DNA of 64,000 nucleotides, from NCBI GenBank assembly GCA_038231135.1, contig JBBRLX010000024.1, positions 1 to 64,000 on the forward strand, in the 5' to 3' direction. The position numbers and the translations under genes are program-made. The notes below the pieces were generated by a model. It did not search any database. It saw only the letters and a list, made by a program, of their open reading frames with translations, and had not been told where the DNA came from. This document shows positions 19,990 to 29,042 of the stretch, in pieces (positions within the stretch are counted from its first letter, which is position 1; every line of letters begins with the position of its first letter). Source of the stretch: Candidatus Eiseniibacteriota bacterium (GTDB lineage Bacteria > Eisenbacteria > RBG-16-71-46).

Positions 19990-20018
19990 TTGTTCAGCCC
20001 GCGTTCGACCCCTATAAT
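19990..20018 (+). promoter_or_regulatory. Sigma70-type promoter for mqnE
   Basis: TTGTTC-17 nt-TATAAT, GGAG SD downstream. Confidence 0.6.
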
Positions 20019-20057
20019 CCCCGCTGAATTCCCACCCCTCCGACTGGAGTCGCAATC

Positions 20058-21179
20058 ATGTCCCACGTGTCCGAACTCGAGCTGCGCGATCCCGCCGTGG
20101 CTCTGGCTCAGCACCGCCTGCTCGCCGGCGAATCGCTGGATCAGGAGGACGGGCTGAGGCTCTACGACGCCCCGCTCATGGAGCTCGGCCGGCTCGCGAA
20201 CGCGTTCGCCCGCGACCGCCATGGCGACCACGTGTATTTCACCGTGAATCGCCAGCTCAATCCCACGAACGTGTGCGTGCTGAGCTGCAAGTTCTGCGAC
20301 TACGCCAGGAAGCCCGGCGCCGAGGGCGCCTACACGATGACGAAGGACCAGATTCTGGCGCACGTCGATCCCGAGATCGCCGAGATCCATATCGTCGGCG
20401 GGCTCCACAACAAATGGCGGTTCGACGACTACCTCGACATCATTCGCTGGATCAAGCAGAAGCGCCCGAACCTGAGCGTCAAGGCGTACACCGCGGTCGA
20501 GATCGATTTCTTCTGCCGGCTCACGAAGCAGCCGGCGGAATGGGTGCTCACGGAGCTGAGGGCCGCCGGTCTCGACGCGCTGCCCGGCGGTGGCGCCGAA
20601 GTGTTCAGCGAGCGCGTGCGCCGCGAGATCTTCCACCAGAAGATCGGCGCGCAGCGCTGGCTCGACATCCACGCCATCGCGCACCGGCTCGGCATTCCGA
20701 CCAACGCGACGCTGCTCTACGGCCACATCGAAACGCGCGCCGAGCGGATCCACCACCTGATCCTGCTGCGCGAGCTCGAAACCGCCGCCCCCGGGTTCTT
20801 CGCATTCATCCCGCTCGCGTTCCAGCCCGGCACCACCGGGCTCGTGCGGCGCCAGGCGTCGGCGGTCGAGGATCTCAAGACGCTCGCGATCTCGCGACTG
20901 GTGTTCGACAACGTGCCCCACGTGAAGAGCTACTGGGTGATGCTGGGGCAGGACACCGCCGGGCTCGGCCTCAGCTTCGGCGCGAGCGACATGGACGGCA
21001 CCATCGGCAACGAGAAGATCGCGCACGCGGCGCTCGCCAAGAGTCCGGTGGGAATGGCCGAGGCGTCGATGGTGCAGACGATCCGCGAGGCCGGCAAGAT
21101 CCCGGTGCAGCGCGACGCGCTCTACCGGACGGTGCGCGAGTACCCGCGGGAGACCGTAGAACTCACGGCGGTGCGCTGA
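20058..21179 (+). CDS. mqnE: Aminofutalosine synthase (radical SAM)
   Basis: NPTNVCVLSCKFC, EIHIVGG, KAYTAVE, PGGGAEVF, NATLLYGHIE, FIPLAF, HVKSYW. Confidence 0.92.
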   Translation: MSHVSELELRDPAVALAQHRLLAGESLDQEDGLRLYDAPLMELGRLANAFARDRHGDHVYFTVNRQLNPTNVCVLSCKFCDYARKPGAEGAYTMTKDQILAHVDPEIAEIHIVGGLHNKWRFDDYLDIIRWIKQKRPNLSVKAYTAVEIDFFCRLTKQPAEWVLTELRAAGLDALPGGGAEVFSERVRREIFHQKIGAQRWLDIHAIAHRLGIPTNATLLYGHIETRAERIHHLILLRELETAAPGFFAFIPLAFQPGTTGLVRRQASAVEDLKTLAISRLVFDNVPHVKSYWVMLGQDTAGLGLSFGASDMDGTIGNEKIAHAALAKSPVGMAEASMVQTIREAGKIPVQRDALYRTVREYPRETVELTAVR

Positions 21180-21206
21180 CGTCCCGGCGCGCTCGCGAGG
21201 AACATC

Positions 21207-21959
21207 ATGACATCACACCCGCGCCGAATTCTGTGCCTGGCCGTGCTGTGCCTTGCGAGCGCGTCGGGTTGCCGTTCGACGGGCCCGGGCTGGTTCGATC
21301 TGCTCGGCCCGCGGCCCGCGCAGGTCAGCCGACCGCCGGCACCGGATTCGCCGGTGGGTGTGATCCGCACGCTCGAATGGTGCTGGAACCACCGCGACAC
21401 GCTGACTTACCGCACCGTGTTCACGGATGATTACCGGTTCTTTTTCGTGCCCAACGATTCCGTGGGCAACGCATTCGTGCACCGCGCACTCAGCCGTGAC
21501 CAGGAGCTCGCGTTTGCAGGCGCGGCGTTCGTGCGGGGGACCCTCACGGAGCCGCCACCGGTGTTCATCGCACTCACATTCGATCAGAACTTGATCGTGC
21601 TCTCCGACAGCCGGCAGGGCTCTTCCCGGTTCCACAAGGAGATTGCCGCCCAGACGCTGCTTCGATTCGATACTCCCGATTTCCAAGTGACCGGCGTGTC
21701 GCGGTTCTTTGTGGTACGCGGGGATGCCGCGACCTGGCCTGCGGGACTCGCGCACAGCGGTCCGGACTCGCTGCGGTGGTTCATCGACCAGTGGGATGAC
21801 GAGACGCTCGGTGGTGGGTTCGATCCCGATCCGCGCCTGAGAGTGTTGCCAGAGAAAACGTCGAGCATGGGCCAGGTGAAGGCGCTGTATCTGACCCCGT
21901 CCCTGCCAGTGTTCGAAGAACTCGGCGCTCGCCCCGGCAGTCGTGTGAGTTCGCGATGA
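21207..21959 (+). CDS. Hypothetical lipoprotein
   Basis: GAGGA SD; ASGC lipobox; sits between mqnE and mqnA. Confidence 0.7.
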   Translation: MTSHPRRILCLAVLCLASASGCRSTGPGWFDLLGPRPAQVSRPPAPDSPVGVIRTLEWCWNHRDTLTYRTVFTDDYRFFFVPNDSVGNAFVHRALSRDQELAFAGAAFVRGTLTEPPPVFIALTFDQNLIVLSDSRQGSSRFHKEIAAQTLLRFDTPDFQVTGVSRFFVVRGDAATWPAGLAHSGPDSLRWFIDQWDDETLGGGFDPDPRLRVLPEKTSSMGQVKALYLTPSLPVFEELGARPGSRVSSR

Positions 21960-22049
21960 TGGACCTCCGCGGAACGTTGTGATTTCGTTGCCGCCGGCTG
22001 CGCCCACCGCCATTCGACGCCTCCCGCGCACCCGGTGTAGGGTTTCACC

Positions 22050-22844
22050 GTGACTCCCGTCTCCAGACCCATTGGCACGCTGGTCGCCGCGCGCATCCCG
22101 TACGCGAACGCGGCGCCGTTCTATTCGCTGTGGCAGGACGCCCCGTTCGCAGTGCGCAACCTGGTGCCGCGCGAGTTGGGACGCGAGGCCGAGGCCGGCA
22201 CCGTGGATCTGGGACTTATGGCTGCGGGCGACTTCCTGCGGCTGCGCGACCGGTTCGAGATGGTCGGGCCGTTCGGCGTGGCGGCGCGGGGATCGGTGCA
22301 GTCGGTGCTGCTGTTCTCGCGGCGGCCGGCGGCGGCGCTCGAGCACTCGCTGATCTCGGTGACTCCCGAAACCTCGACGTCGATCCGGCTGCTCAAGCTG
22401 CTGCTGACGGTGCGCCGCGGGCTCGAGGGCGTCCGCTATATCCGCGGGCTCGAGCCGGGGCAGGCCGACGCGCTGCTCGTGATCGGCGACCAGGCGATGC
22501 GCATGCGCAACGCGCGGCCCGAGGGCTTTACGCACACGCTCGATCTCGGCGCCGACTGGCTCGAGTGGACCGGCCTGTCGTTCGTCTACGCCGTGTGGGC
22601 GGTGCGCAGCAGCCTGCCGGACGAGCTCAAGGACGACATGCGCCAGTTCCTCGACGCGTCGCTCGCGGCAGGGCTCGGCGACCTGCCGGCCGTGGCGCGC
22701 CAGTGCATGCAGCCGGGCTGGAGCGCGGAACAAATGGAAGCCTACCTGCGTAGGTTCCATTACCGTTTCGGCCCCGAGGACCTCGCCGGACTGACGCGCT
22801 ACGAGGACCTGCTCCGGCATCACGAATTGCTGTCCGCGGACTAG
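22050..22844 (+). CDS. mqnA: Chorismate dehydratase
   Basis: IPYANAAPF, GSVQSVLL, TSTSIRLL, LLVIGDQA, DLGADW..WTGLSFVYAVW. Confidence 0.9.
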   Translation: MTPVSRPIGTLVAARIPYANAAPFYSLWQDAPFAVRNLVPRELGREAEAGTVDLGLMAAGDFLRLRDRFEMVGPFGVAARGSVQSVLLFSRRPAAALEHSLISVTPETSTSIRLLKLLLTVRRGLEGVRYIRGLEPGQADALLVIGDQAMRMRNARPEGFTHTLDLGADWLEWTGLSFVYAVWAVRSSLPDELKDDMRQFLDASLAAGLGDLPAVARQCMQPGWSAEQMEAYLRRFHYRFGPEDLAGLTRYEDLLRHHELLSAD

Positions 22845-22910
22845 GGTTCCGTTCGGATCTCCCAAACCCGCAGGCCGCCGCGACCGACTCCCCACCGCAA
22901 GGAGCCCGCC

Positions 22911-23705
22911 ATGACCATGCACGAGATCGATTACGAGATCGTCGGTGACGACATGCAGTTCGTGAAGATCGAACTCGACCCGGGTGAGGCGGTCGTCGCG
23001 GAGGCCGGCAACATGATGTACATCGAAGACGGCATCCAGATGGATACGATCTTCGGCGACGGCTCGGGTCAGTCGAAGGGGTTCATGGACGCGCTGCTCG
23101 GCGCCGGCAAGCGGCTCTTGATCGGCGAGTCGCTGTTCATGACGGTGTTCCACAACCAGGGCACCGGCAAGAAGAAGGCGGCGTTCGCAGCACCGTATCC
23201 GGGCCGCATCGAGCCGATCAACCTCGCCACGATCGGCGGCGAGCTGATCTGCCAGAAGGACTCGTTCCTGTGCGCCGCGAAGGGCGTATCGCTCGGTATC
23301 GCGTTCAACCGGCGGTTCGGCGCCGGCCTGTTCGGCGGGGAGGGGTTCGTCATGGAGCGCCTGCAGGGAGACGGCTGGGTGTTCGTCCACGCCGGGGGCG
23401 CGCACGAGGAACGCACGCTCGCGGCCGGCGAGATGCTCCGGGTCGACACCGGCTGCCTCGTGGCGCTGCAACCGACCGTCACCTACGACATCCAGATGGT
23501 CGGTGGCTTGAAGAGCGCGCTGTTCGGCGGCGAGGGGTTGTTCTTCGCCACGCTGCGCGGCCCGGGCAAGGTGTGGCTGCAGTCGCTGCCGTTCAGCCGG
23601 CTCGCGGGCCGGATCTATGCGGCCGCGCCGCAAACCGGCGGGCGCCGCAAGGAGGAAGGCTCGATCCTCGGCGGCCTCGGCGACCTGCTCGGCGGGGATA
23701 AGTAG
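22911..23705 (+). CDS. TIGR00266 / AIM24 family protein
   Basis: AAGGAG SD; VAEAGNM, GESLFM, LFGGEG twice, [11 protein letters not shown]. Confidence 0.9.
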   Translation: MTMHEIDYEIVGDDMQFVKIELDPGEAVVAEAGNMMYIEDGIQMDTIFGDGSGQSKGFMDALLGAGKRLLIGESLFMTVFHNQGTGKKKAAFAAPYPGRIEPINLATIGGELICQKDSFLCAAKGVSLGIAFNRRFGAGLFGGEGFVMERLQGDGWVFVHAGGAHEERTLAAGEMLRVDTGCLVALQPTVTYDIQMVGGLKSALFGGEGLFFATLRGPGKVWLQSLPFSRLAGRIYAAAPQTGGRRKEEGSILGGLGDLLGGDK

Positions 23706-23741
23706 GCCGCGACGAACTTGCGGCCGAGAAGGAACGCGAAC

Positions 23742-24296
23742 ATGGCTCGGCCGAAGCTCGACGGCGCGCACACGCCGGAGTTGCTCGTGGATCTCGAGGA
23801 GTCGGTTCGCGAGTTCGCGGACCTGCTCGACCGGGCCAGGGGTCAGTGGACCGCGTCGCGGCCCGGCAAGTGGACGGCCGGGCAGCATGCCGAGCATGTG
23901 GCCATCCTGCTCGGGACGTTCGCGGATGCGCTCGAACAGGCGGAGCGCCGGATCGAGGACGGCCCGGCGCCGCCCCGTCCGCACCGCGGATTCCTGCAGC
24001 GTCTGATCGTGCGGCTGCTGACCGGCGCGAAATTTCCGCGCGGCGGGCGCTCACCCGTGCGCGGCCTGCCGCTGTCCGAGCCCGACCGGCGGGCCACGCT
24101 CGCACGGCTGCGCGGCGAATCCGCGCGGTTCCGGGCGTTGCTGGAGCGGTTGTCGCCCGAGGAGCGTGATCAGTTGTGGATCCCGAACCCGCTCGTGTCG
24201 TTCCGCTGGCACTACACGCTGCCCGAGGTGCTGCGGGTGCAGGCGGCGCATACCCGCCACCACTGCCAGCTCGTCCGGGAGATCGGGCTCGGCTGA
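23742..24296 (+). CDS. DinB family protein
   Basis: PGKWTAGQHAEHV ... HTRHH. Confidence 0.8.
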   Translation: MARPKLDGAHTPELLVDLEESVREFADLLDRARGQWTASRPGKWTAGQHAEHVAILLGTFADALEQAERRIEDGPAPPRPHRGFLQRLIVRLLTGAKFPRGGRSPVRGLPLSEPDRRATLARLRGESARFRALLERLSPEERDQLWIPNPLVSFRWHYTLPEVLRVQAAHTRHHCQLVREIGLG

Positions 24297-24431
24297 GGCC
24301 CCCGCAGGGCCGGATCCCCGCCCGTGGACGAATCAGCCGCATTCGTCGGATTCGGGCCGGGGCGCCGGTGGGTTCCCGTAGCCTCCCCCGTCTTTCCCCG
24401 GCATTCGGAACCCACTCTCCCGAGGAGTCTC

Positions 24432-26540
24432 ATGCGTCATCATGGAACCAATGGAGTCGCGCGCGTGCACGTCGCGACCCCCGGCACCCGTCTGCGATTC
24501 GTGACCGCCCTGGCGCTCACGCTCGCCATGCTCGCAACGCTCATGCTCGTAGTCCGGGCCGCGCATGCCCAGAACCCGGGCATCAACAAGGACTTCATGG
24601 ACACGAGCGTGGATCCATGCACCGATTTCTACCGCTATGCCAACGGGAAGTGGCTGGACACGGCGACGATGCCTGCCGCCTACACGGTGATCGGCGCGGG
24701 CCGCGAGATGTTCGACCGCAATCAGGACGCGCTCTACAAGGTGCTCGAGAGCACGCGCCAGGCGGCCGAGGGCGGGCAGGATCCGGCGCTGCAGAAGCTC
24801 GGCATCCTGTACGTCACGACGATGGACTCGGTGCGCGCCGACAAGGACGGCGCCCAGCCGATCGCGGCCGAACTGGCGGCGATCAAGGCCATCCAATCGA
24901 AGGTCGAGCTGCGCAAGATGTTCGCGAAGTTCCAGCGCGACGGCCGGTCGGCGCCGCTGCGCTTCGGCCCGGAGGCGGATCCCAAGCAGAGCACCATGAA
25001 CATCGGACAGATCTATCAGGCGGGGCTCGGGCTGCCGGACCGTGACTACTACTTCAAGAACGACCCCAAGTCGGACACGCTGCGCCGGGAGTACGTGGCG
25101 CATCTGGGCCGGCTGTTCCGGCTCGCCGGCGTGGCCGACGCCCAGGCCGACGCCAATGCCCAGACCGTGATGCGCATCGAGACCGCGCTCGCCGATTCGT
25201 CGATGACGCGGGTGGCGCAGCGCGATCCCAAGGCGATCTATCACAAGATGACGGTGAAGCAACTCGGCCTGCTCGCGCCGTCCGTCGACTGGGGGGCGTT
25301 CTTCACCGAGTCCGGCGTGCCGTCGCTCGCGAAGCCGGACGCCCAGCTCGACGTGTCGCAGCCGGCGTTCGTGCGGCAGATCGGCAACCTCGTCTCGACC
25401 ACGTCGCTCGACGACTGGAAGGTCTATCTGTCGGCCAACGTGATCCGCGGCGCCGGGCCGTGGCTGAGCCAGGCGTTCTTCGACGAGTCGTTCCGGTTCA
25501 ATTCCAAGCTGACCGGCCAGCTGGTGCCGCTGCCGCGCTGGAAGCGCGTCGCGGGCGCGCTGGACAACGCGATGGGCGAGGCGCTCGGCAAGGCGTACGT
25601 CGACATGATGTTCCCGCCCTCGTCCAAGGCCAAGATGCTGGAGATGGTCAACAACCTGCAGGCCACGCTGCGCGAGCGCATCCTCACCCGCGACTGGATG
25701 AGCGACGCCACCAAGCAGCAGGCGGTCAAGAAGCTCGACGTGGTGCTCAAGAAGATCGGCTATCCCGACAAGTGGCGCGACTACTCGGCGCTGGTCGCCG
25801 ACGCCACCGCGCCGGCCTATACGAATCTGCGCGGCGCGCAGGCATTCGAGGCGGCCCGCGAGAATGCCCAGATCGGCAAGCCCGTCGACCGCACGGAATG
25901 GGGCATGTCGCCGCCGACGGTGAACGCCTACTACAACCCGTCGATCAACGAGATCGTGTTCCCCGCGGGCATCCTGATGCCCCCGCAGTTCGACCCGAAC
26001 GCGCCGGACGCGGTGAACTACGGCTCGATCGGCATGGTGATCGGCCACGAGATGACGCACGGCTTCGACGACGAAGGCCGCCAGTACGACGCCGTCGGCA
26101 ATCTCAAGGACTGGTGGACCACGGACGACTCGAAGAAGTTCGACGAACGCGCGCAGCGAGTGGTGCAGCAGTACAATGGCTACGTCGCCCTGGATACGCT
26201 GCACGTCAACGGCCAGCTCACGCTGGGCGAGAACCTGGCGGACCTGGGCGGCATCACGATCGCGTACTACGCGTTCCAGCGCTCGATGCAGGGCAAGCCG
26301 CGCGACTCGATCGGCGGCTTCACGCCCGAGCAACTGTTCTTCCTGGGCTACGCCCAGAGCTGGCGGCGCAAGATCCGCCCCGAGGTCGAGCGCCTGCGCA
26401 CGCTGACCGACCCGCATTCGCCGGCGCCGTTCCGCGTGAATGGTCCGCTGTCGAACTTCACCGAGTTCGCGAAGGCGTTCAGCTGCAAGGCCGGCGCCCC
26501 GATGGTCCGCGACGCGAGCGTGCGCGCCGAGATCTGGTGA
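24432..26540 (+). CDS. M13 family metallopeptidase (neprilysin/PepO-like), exported
   Basis: DPCTDFY, GLGLPDRDYY, VNAYY, GHEMTHGFDD, GENLAD, DPHSP. Confidence 0.95.
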   Translation: MRHHGTNGVARVHVATPGTRLRFVTALALTLAMLATLMLVVRAAHAQNPGINKDFMDTSVDPCTDFYRYANGKWLDTATMPAAYTVIGAGREMFDRNQDALYKVLESTRQAAEGGQDPALQKLGILYVTTMDSVRADKDGAQPIAAELAAIKAIQSKVELRKMFAKFQRDGRSAPLRFGPEADPKQSTMNIGQIYQAGLGLPDRDYYFKNDPKSDTLRREYVAHLGRLFRLAGVADAQADANAQTVMRIETALADSSMTRVAQRDPKAIYHKMTVKQLGLLAPSVDWGAFFTESGVPSLAKPDAQLDVSQPAFVRQIGNLVSTTSLDDWKVYLSANVIRGAGPWLSQAFFDESFRFNSKLTGQLVPLPRWKRVAGALDNAMGEALGKAYVDMMFPPSSKAKMLEMVNNLQATLRERILTRDWMSDATKQQAVKKLDVVLKKIGYPDKWRDYSALVADATAPAYTNLRGAQAFEAARENAQIGKPVDRTEWGMSPPTVNAYYNPSINEIVFPAGILMPPQFDPNAPDAVNYGSIGMVIGHEMTHGFDDEGRQYDAVGNLKDWWTTDDSKKFDERAQRVVQQYNGYVALDTLHVNGQLTLGENLADLGGITIAYYAFQRSMQGKPRDSIGGFTPEQLFFLGYAQSWRRKIRPEVERLRTLTDPHSPAPFRVNGPLSNFTEFAKAFSCKAGAPMVRDASVRAEIW

Positions 26541-26587
26541 GGGCTGGCGTCGCGCTCGCGCGCGGCGCATGTGACAAATTGCCGGGC

Positions 26588-26621
26588 ACCGGCGGCGGGG
26601 TTCCTCCTGCCGCCGGTTTTC
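26588..26621 (+). terminator. Intrinsic terminator
   Basis: ACCGGCGGCGGG / CCTGCCGCCGGT hairpin followed by a T-run, between convergent genes. Confidence 0.7.
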
Positions 26622-26645
26622 TCGTGCGCTTGACCGATCGGAGGG

Positions 26646-27413
26646 CTAGGGCCGTCGGTCGGCTCTCCAGCGTGGCGGGCGCTTGTCGAGGAACGCCTGC
26701 AGTCCCTCCACGGCGTCGGCGTCGTGCAGCAGGCGCTCGAGATAGATCCGCTCCGCGATGGCGATTGAGCCCGGGACGCCGTCCGTCCCGGCGCGTCGCA
26801 TCGCCTGCTTCGTGACCTTGAGTGACGATGCGCTGAGCGCGCGCCAGTCATGCAGCTGCGCCTCGACCATGGCATCGAGCCCGGCCGCCGGAGCGAGCCG
26901 GGTCACGAGGCCCAGCCGGTACGCCTCGGCGGCGTCCACCGTGCGGCCGCCGAGCATCAACTCCGCGGCCGCGTGGGGCGGGATCACCCGCGCCAGCATC
27001 GCCGCGGCGACCGGAGGGAACACGCCGAGCCGGATCTCGGGGAACCCGAACGTCGCCAAATCCGAGGCGTGCACGACATCGCATACCAGGGTCAGCTCGG
27101 CGCCGCCGCCGAGCGCCGGGCCGTGGACGCGCGCGAGCACCGGGACCGGAAGGTTCCACAGCGCGAGGCAGGCGCGATGGAACTCCACGATCATCGCCGC
27201 GCCGCGGTCGGGCAGATGGTCGCGCACGTCGACGCCCGCGCTGAACGCACGGCCACGCGCTTCGAGCACCACGGCGTTCAGCCCGTCCCGAGGCGCCAGC
27301 GCCTCGACCTCGTTCGCGAGTGCCGTGGCGAACGGCAGATCGATCACGTTCAGCGGCGGCCGGTCGAGCGTGACCCGCGCCACCGAATTCGAGATCGCGA
27401 CGATCACCTCCAT
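26646..27413 (-). CDS. Enoyl-CoA hydratase/isomerase (crotonase) family protein, Dch-like
   Basis: RPPLNVID, AFSAGVDV, ALGGGAEL, FGFPEIRLGVFPP, EGLQAFLDKR. Confidence 0.88.
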   Translation of the reverse strand: MEVIVAISNSVARVTLDRPPLNVIDLPFATALANEVEALAPRDGLNAVVLEARGRAFSAGVDVRDHLPDRGAAMIVEFHRACLALWNLPVPVLARVHGPALGGGAELTLVCDVVHASDLATFGFPEIRLGVFPPVAAAMLARVIPPHAAAELMLGGRTVDAAEAYRLGLVTRLAPAAGLDAMVEAQLHDWRALSASSLKVTKQAMRRAGTDGVPGSIAIAERIYLERLLHDADAVEGLQAFLDKRPPRWRADRRP

Positions 27414-27620
27414 CTCGGGGGTCCTCCCAAACCCTGCGCTGCGAATCACGTTGGATTGAGGGGGCATCGCAGAACGCGGCCGGACGCTATCACACCGCGT
27501 ACGCCGAATTCAGCGCTGGACGGCAGCGTCGCCGCACGGGCACTGGCTCGACGCACGATCCGACGGCGGTGTACGCTCACCACTTCCCCGGTCCCGTCAC
27601 GTGACTCAGGAGCCTTCCCG

Positions 27621-28832
27621 ATGTGGTCCACGATCGAATCCAAAGTGCGTCGCGGCGAGCGGCTCACGTCCGCCGAGGGCGTCCAGCTCCTCACCGAGAC
27701 CCCGCTGCCGGACCTCGGCGCGCTGGCGCAGGAGGTGCGCGCGCGGCGCACCGATCCCGGGACCGTCACCTACGTGATCGACACGAACCCCAACTACACG
27801 AACTACTGCACCGTGGACTGCCACTTCTGTGCGTTCTACCGGAAGCCGGGCTCGGCCACGGGCGACGGTTATACCCACGACGTCGCGGCGGTGATGGACA
27901 TGATGGAGCGGGCCGACCGGCTGGGCGCCACCACCGTGCTGCTGCAGGGGGGACTCAATCCCGAGATTCCATGGGAGTTCTACCCCACGATCGTGCGCGA
28001 GGCGCGGCGGCGGTATCCGCACATCACGCCGCATTTCTTCTCGGCCCCCGAAATCCACCAGATGATGGCGGTGAGCGGCCTGTCGATGCGCGGAGTGCTC
28101 GAGGCGCTGTACGAGGCTGGGCAGCGCACGCTGCCCGGCGGCGGCGCGGAAATCCTCGCGACGCGGGTGCGCCGGCGCATCTCGATCAAGAAGGGCGGAC
28201 CCGAGGCGTGGCTCGACGTGCATCGCACCGCACACGCGGTGGGCATGCGCTCGACGGCCACCATGATGTACGGGCACGTCGAAACCGACGCGGAAATCGT
28301 CGAGCACTGGGACTACATCCGCGCGCTGCAGGACGAGACCCGCGGATTCACGGCGTTCGTGCCGTGGAGCTACAAGCGCGGCAACACGCCGATGGAGTCG
28401 CGCGTGCCGCACATTGCCGGGTCGTCGCGCTACTGCCGGGTGCTGGCGGCGTCACGGCTGTACCTCGACAACTTCGATCACATTCAGGCGACCTGGTTCA
28501 GCGAGGGCAAGAAGACGGGGCAGGTGGCGCTGCATTTCGGCGCCGACGATTTCGGGGGCACGCTGTTCGAGGAGAACGTTCACCTCGCGACCGGACACCA
28601 CAACAAGACCACGATCGCCGAAATCGAAACGCTGATCCGCGAGGCGGGGTTCACACCCGCCCAGCGTGACACCGAGTATCACATCCTGCGCGTCGCCGAC
28701 GGGCCGTCCGCCCTCGCCACGCTGGGTGACGACGTGCCGCTGTTCGTCGAGAGCCTGCGCGAATTGCCCGCGGAATACCCGGCACAGCTCGACGGTGAGG
28801 CGCCCGCCGACCCGCTCGTGATGCCCCGCTAG
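27621..28832 (+). CDS. mqnC: Cyclic dehypoxanthine futalosine synthase (radical SAM)
   Basis: AGGAG SD; NYTNYCTVDCHFCAFYR, LLQGG, PGGGAEIL, TATMMYGHVE, FGADDFGG..EENV. Confidence 0.92.
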   Translation: MWSTIESKVRRGERLTSAEGVQLLTETPLPDLGALAQEVRARRTDPGTVTYVIDTNPNYTNYCTVDCHFCAFYRKPGSATGDGYTHDVAAVMDMMERADRLGATTVLLQGGLNPEIPWEFYPTIVREARRRYPHITPHFFSAPEIHQMMAVSGLSMRGVLEALYEAGQRTLPGGGAEILATRVRRRISIKKGGPEAWLDVHRTAHAVGMRSTATMMYGHVETDAEIVEHWDYIRALQDETRGFTAFVPWSYKRGNTPMESRVPHIAGSSRYCRVLAASRLYLDNFDHIQATWFSEGKKTGQVALHFGADDFGGTLFEENVHLATGHHNKTTIAEIETLIREAGFTPAQRDTEYHILRVADGPSALATLGDDVPLFVESLRELPAEYPAQLDGEAPADPLVMPR

Positions 28833-29042
28833 CACGCGCGCTCGGCGACGCCGTGCGAATGGGTGAACAAGTTTTCATAAGACGAATCGCGCCCATCCGG
28901 ATGACAGCCAGGCCGTAGGGCACGGTTGTTTTACGCGGGGAAACGTTGCAAATCCTGTACAATTATCGCAGCTGAAACCATCCCCCGGCCGCCCACGCCA
29001 TCTTCGAGGCTCCTGCTGACACGATCTTCAATCACCGCCACC

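Noticed and set aside
26646..27413. menB (naphthoate synthase) call for the crotonase next to mqnC
   Set aside because: Lacks MenB-type motifs (FCSGGDQ, GSFDGG), and the pathway here is futalosine-type
20058..28832. cofH/fbiC (F420) identity for the two radical SAM genes
   Set aside because: Context with mqnA, mqnD and mqnP, and no cofG/cofC/cofD in the window, supports MqnE and MqnC
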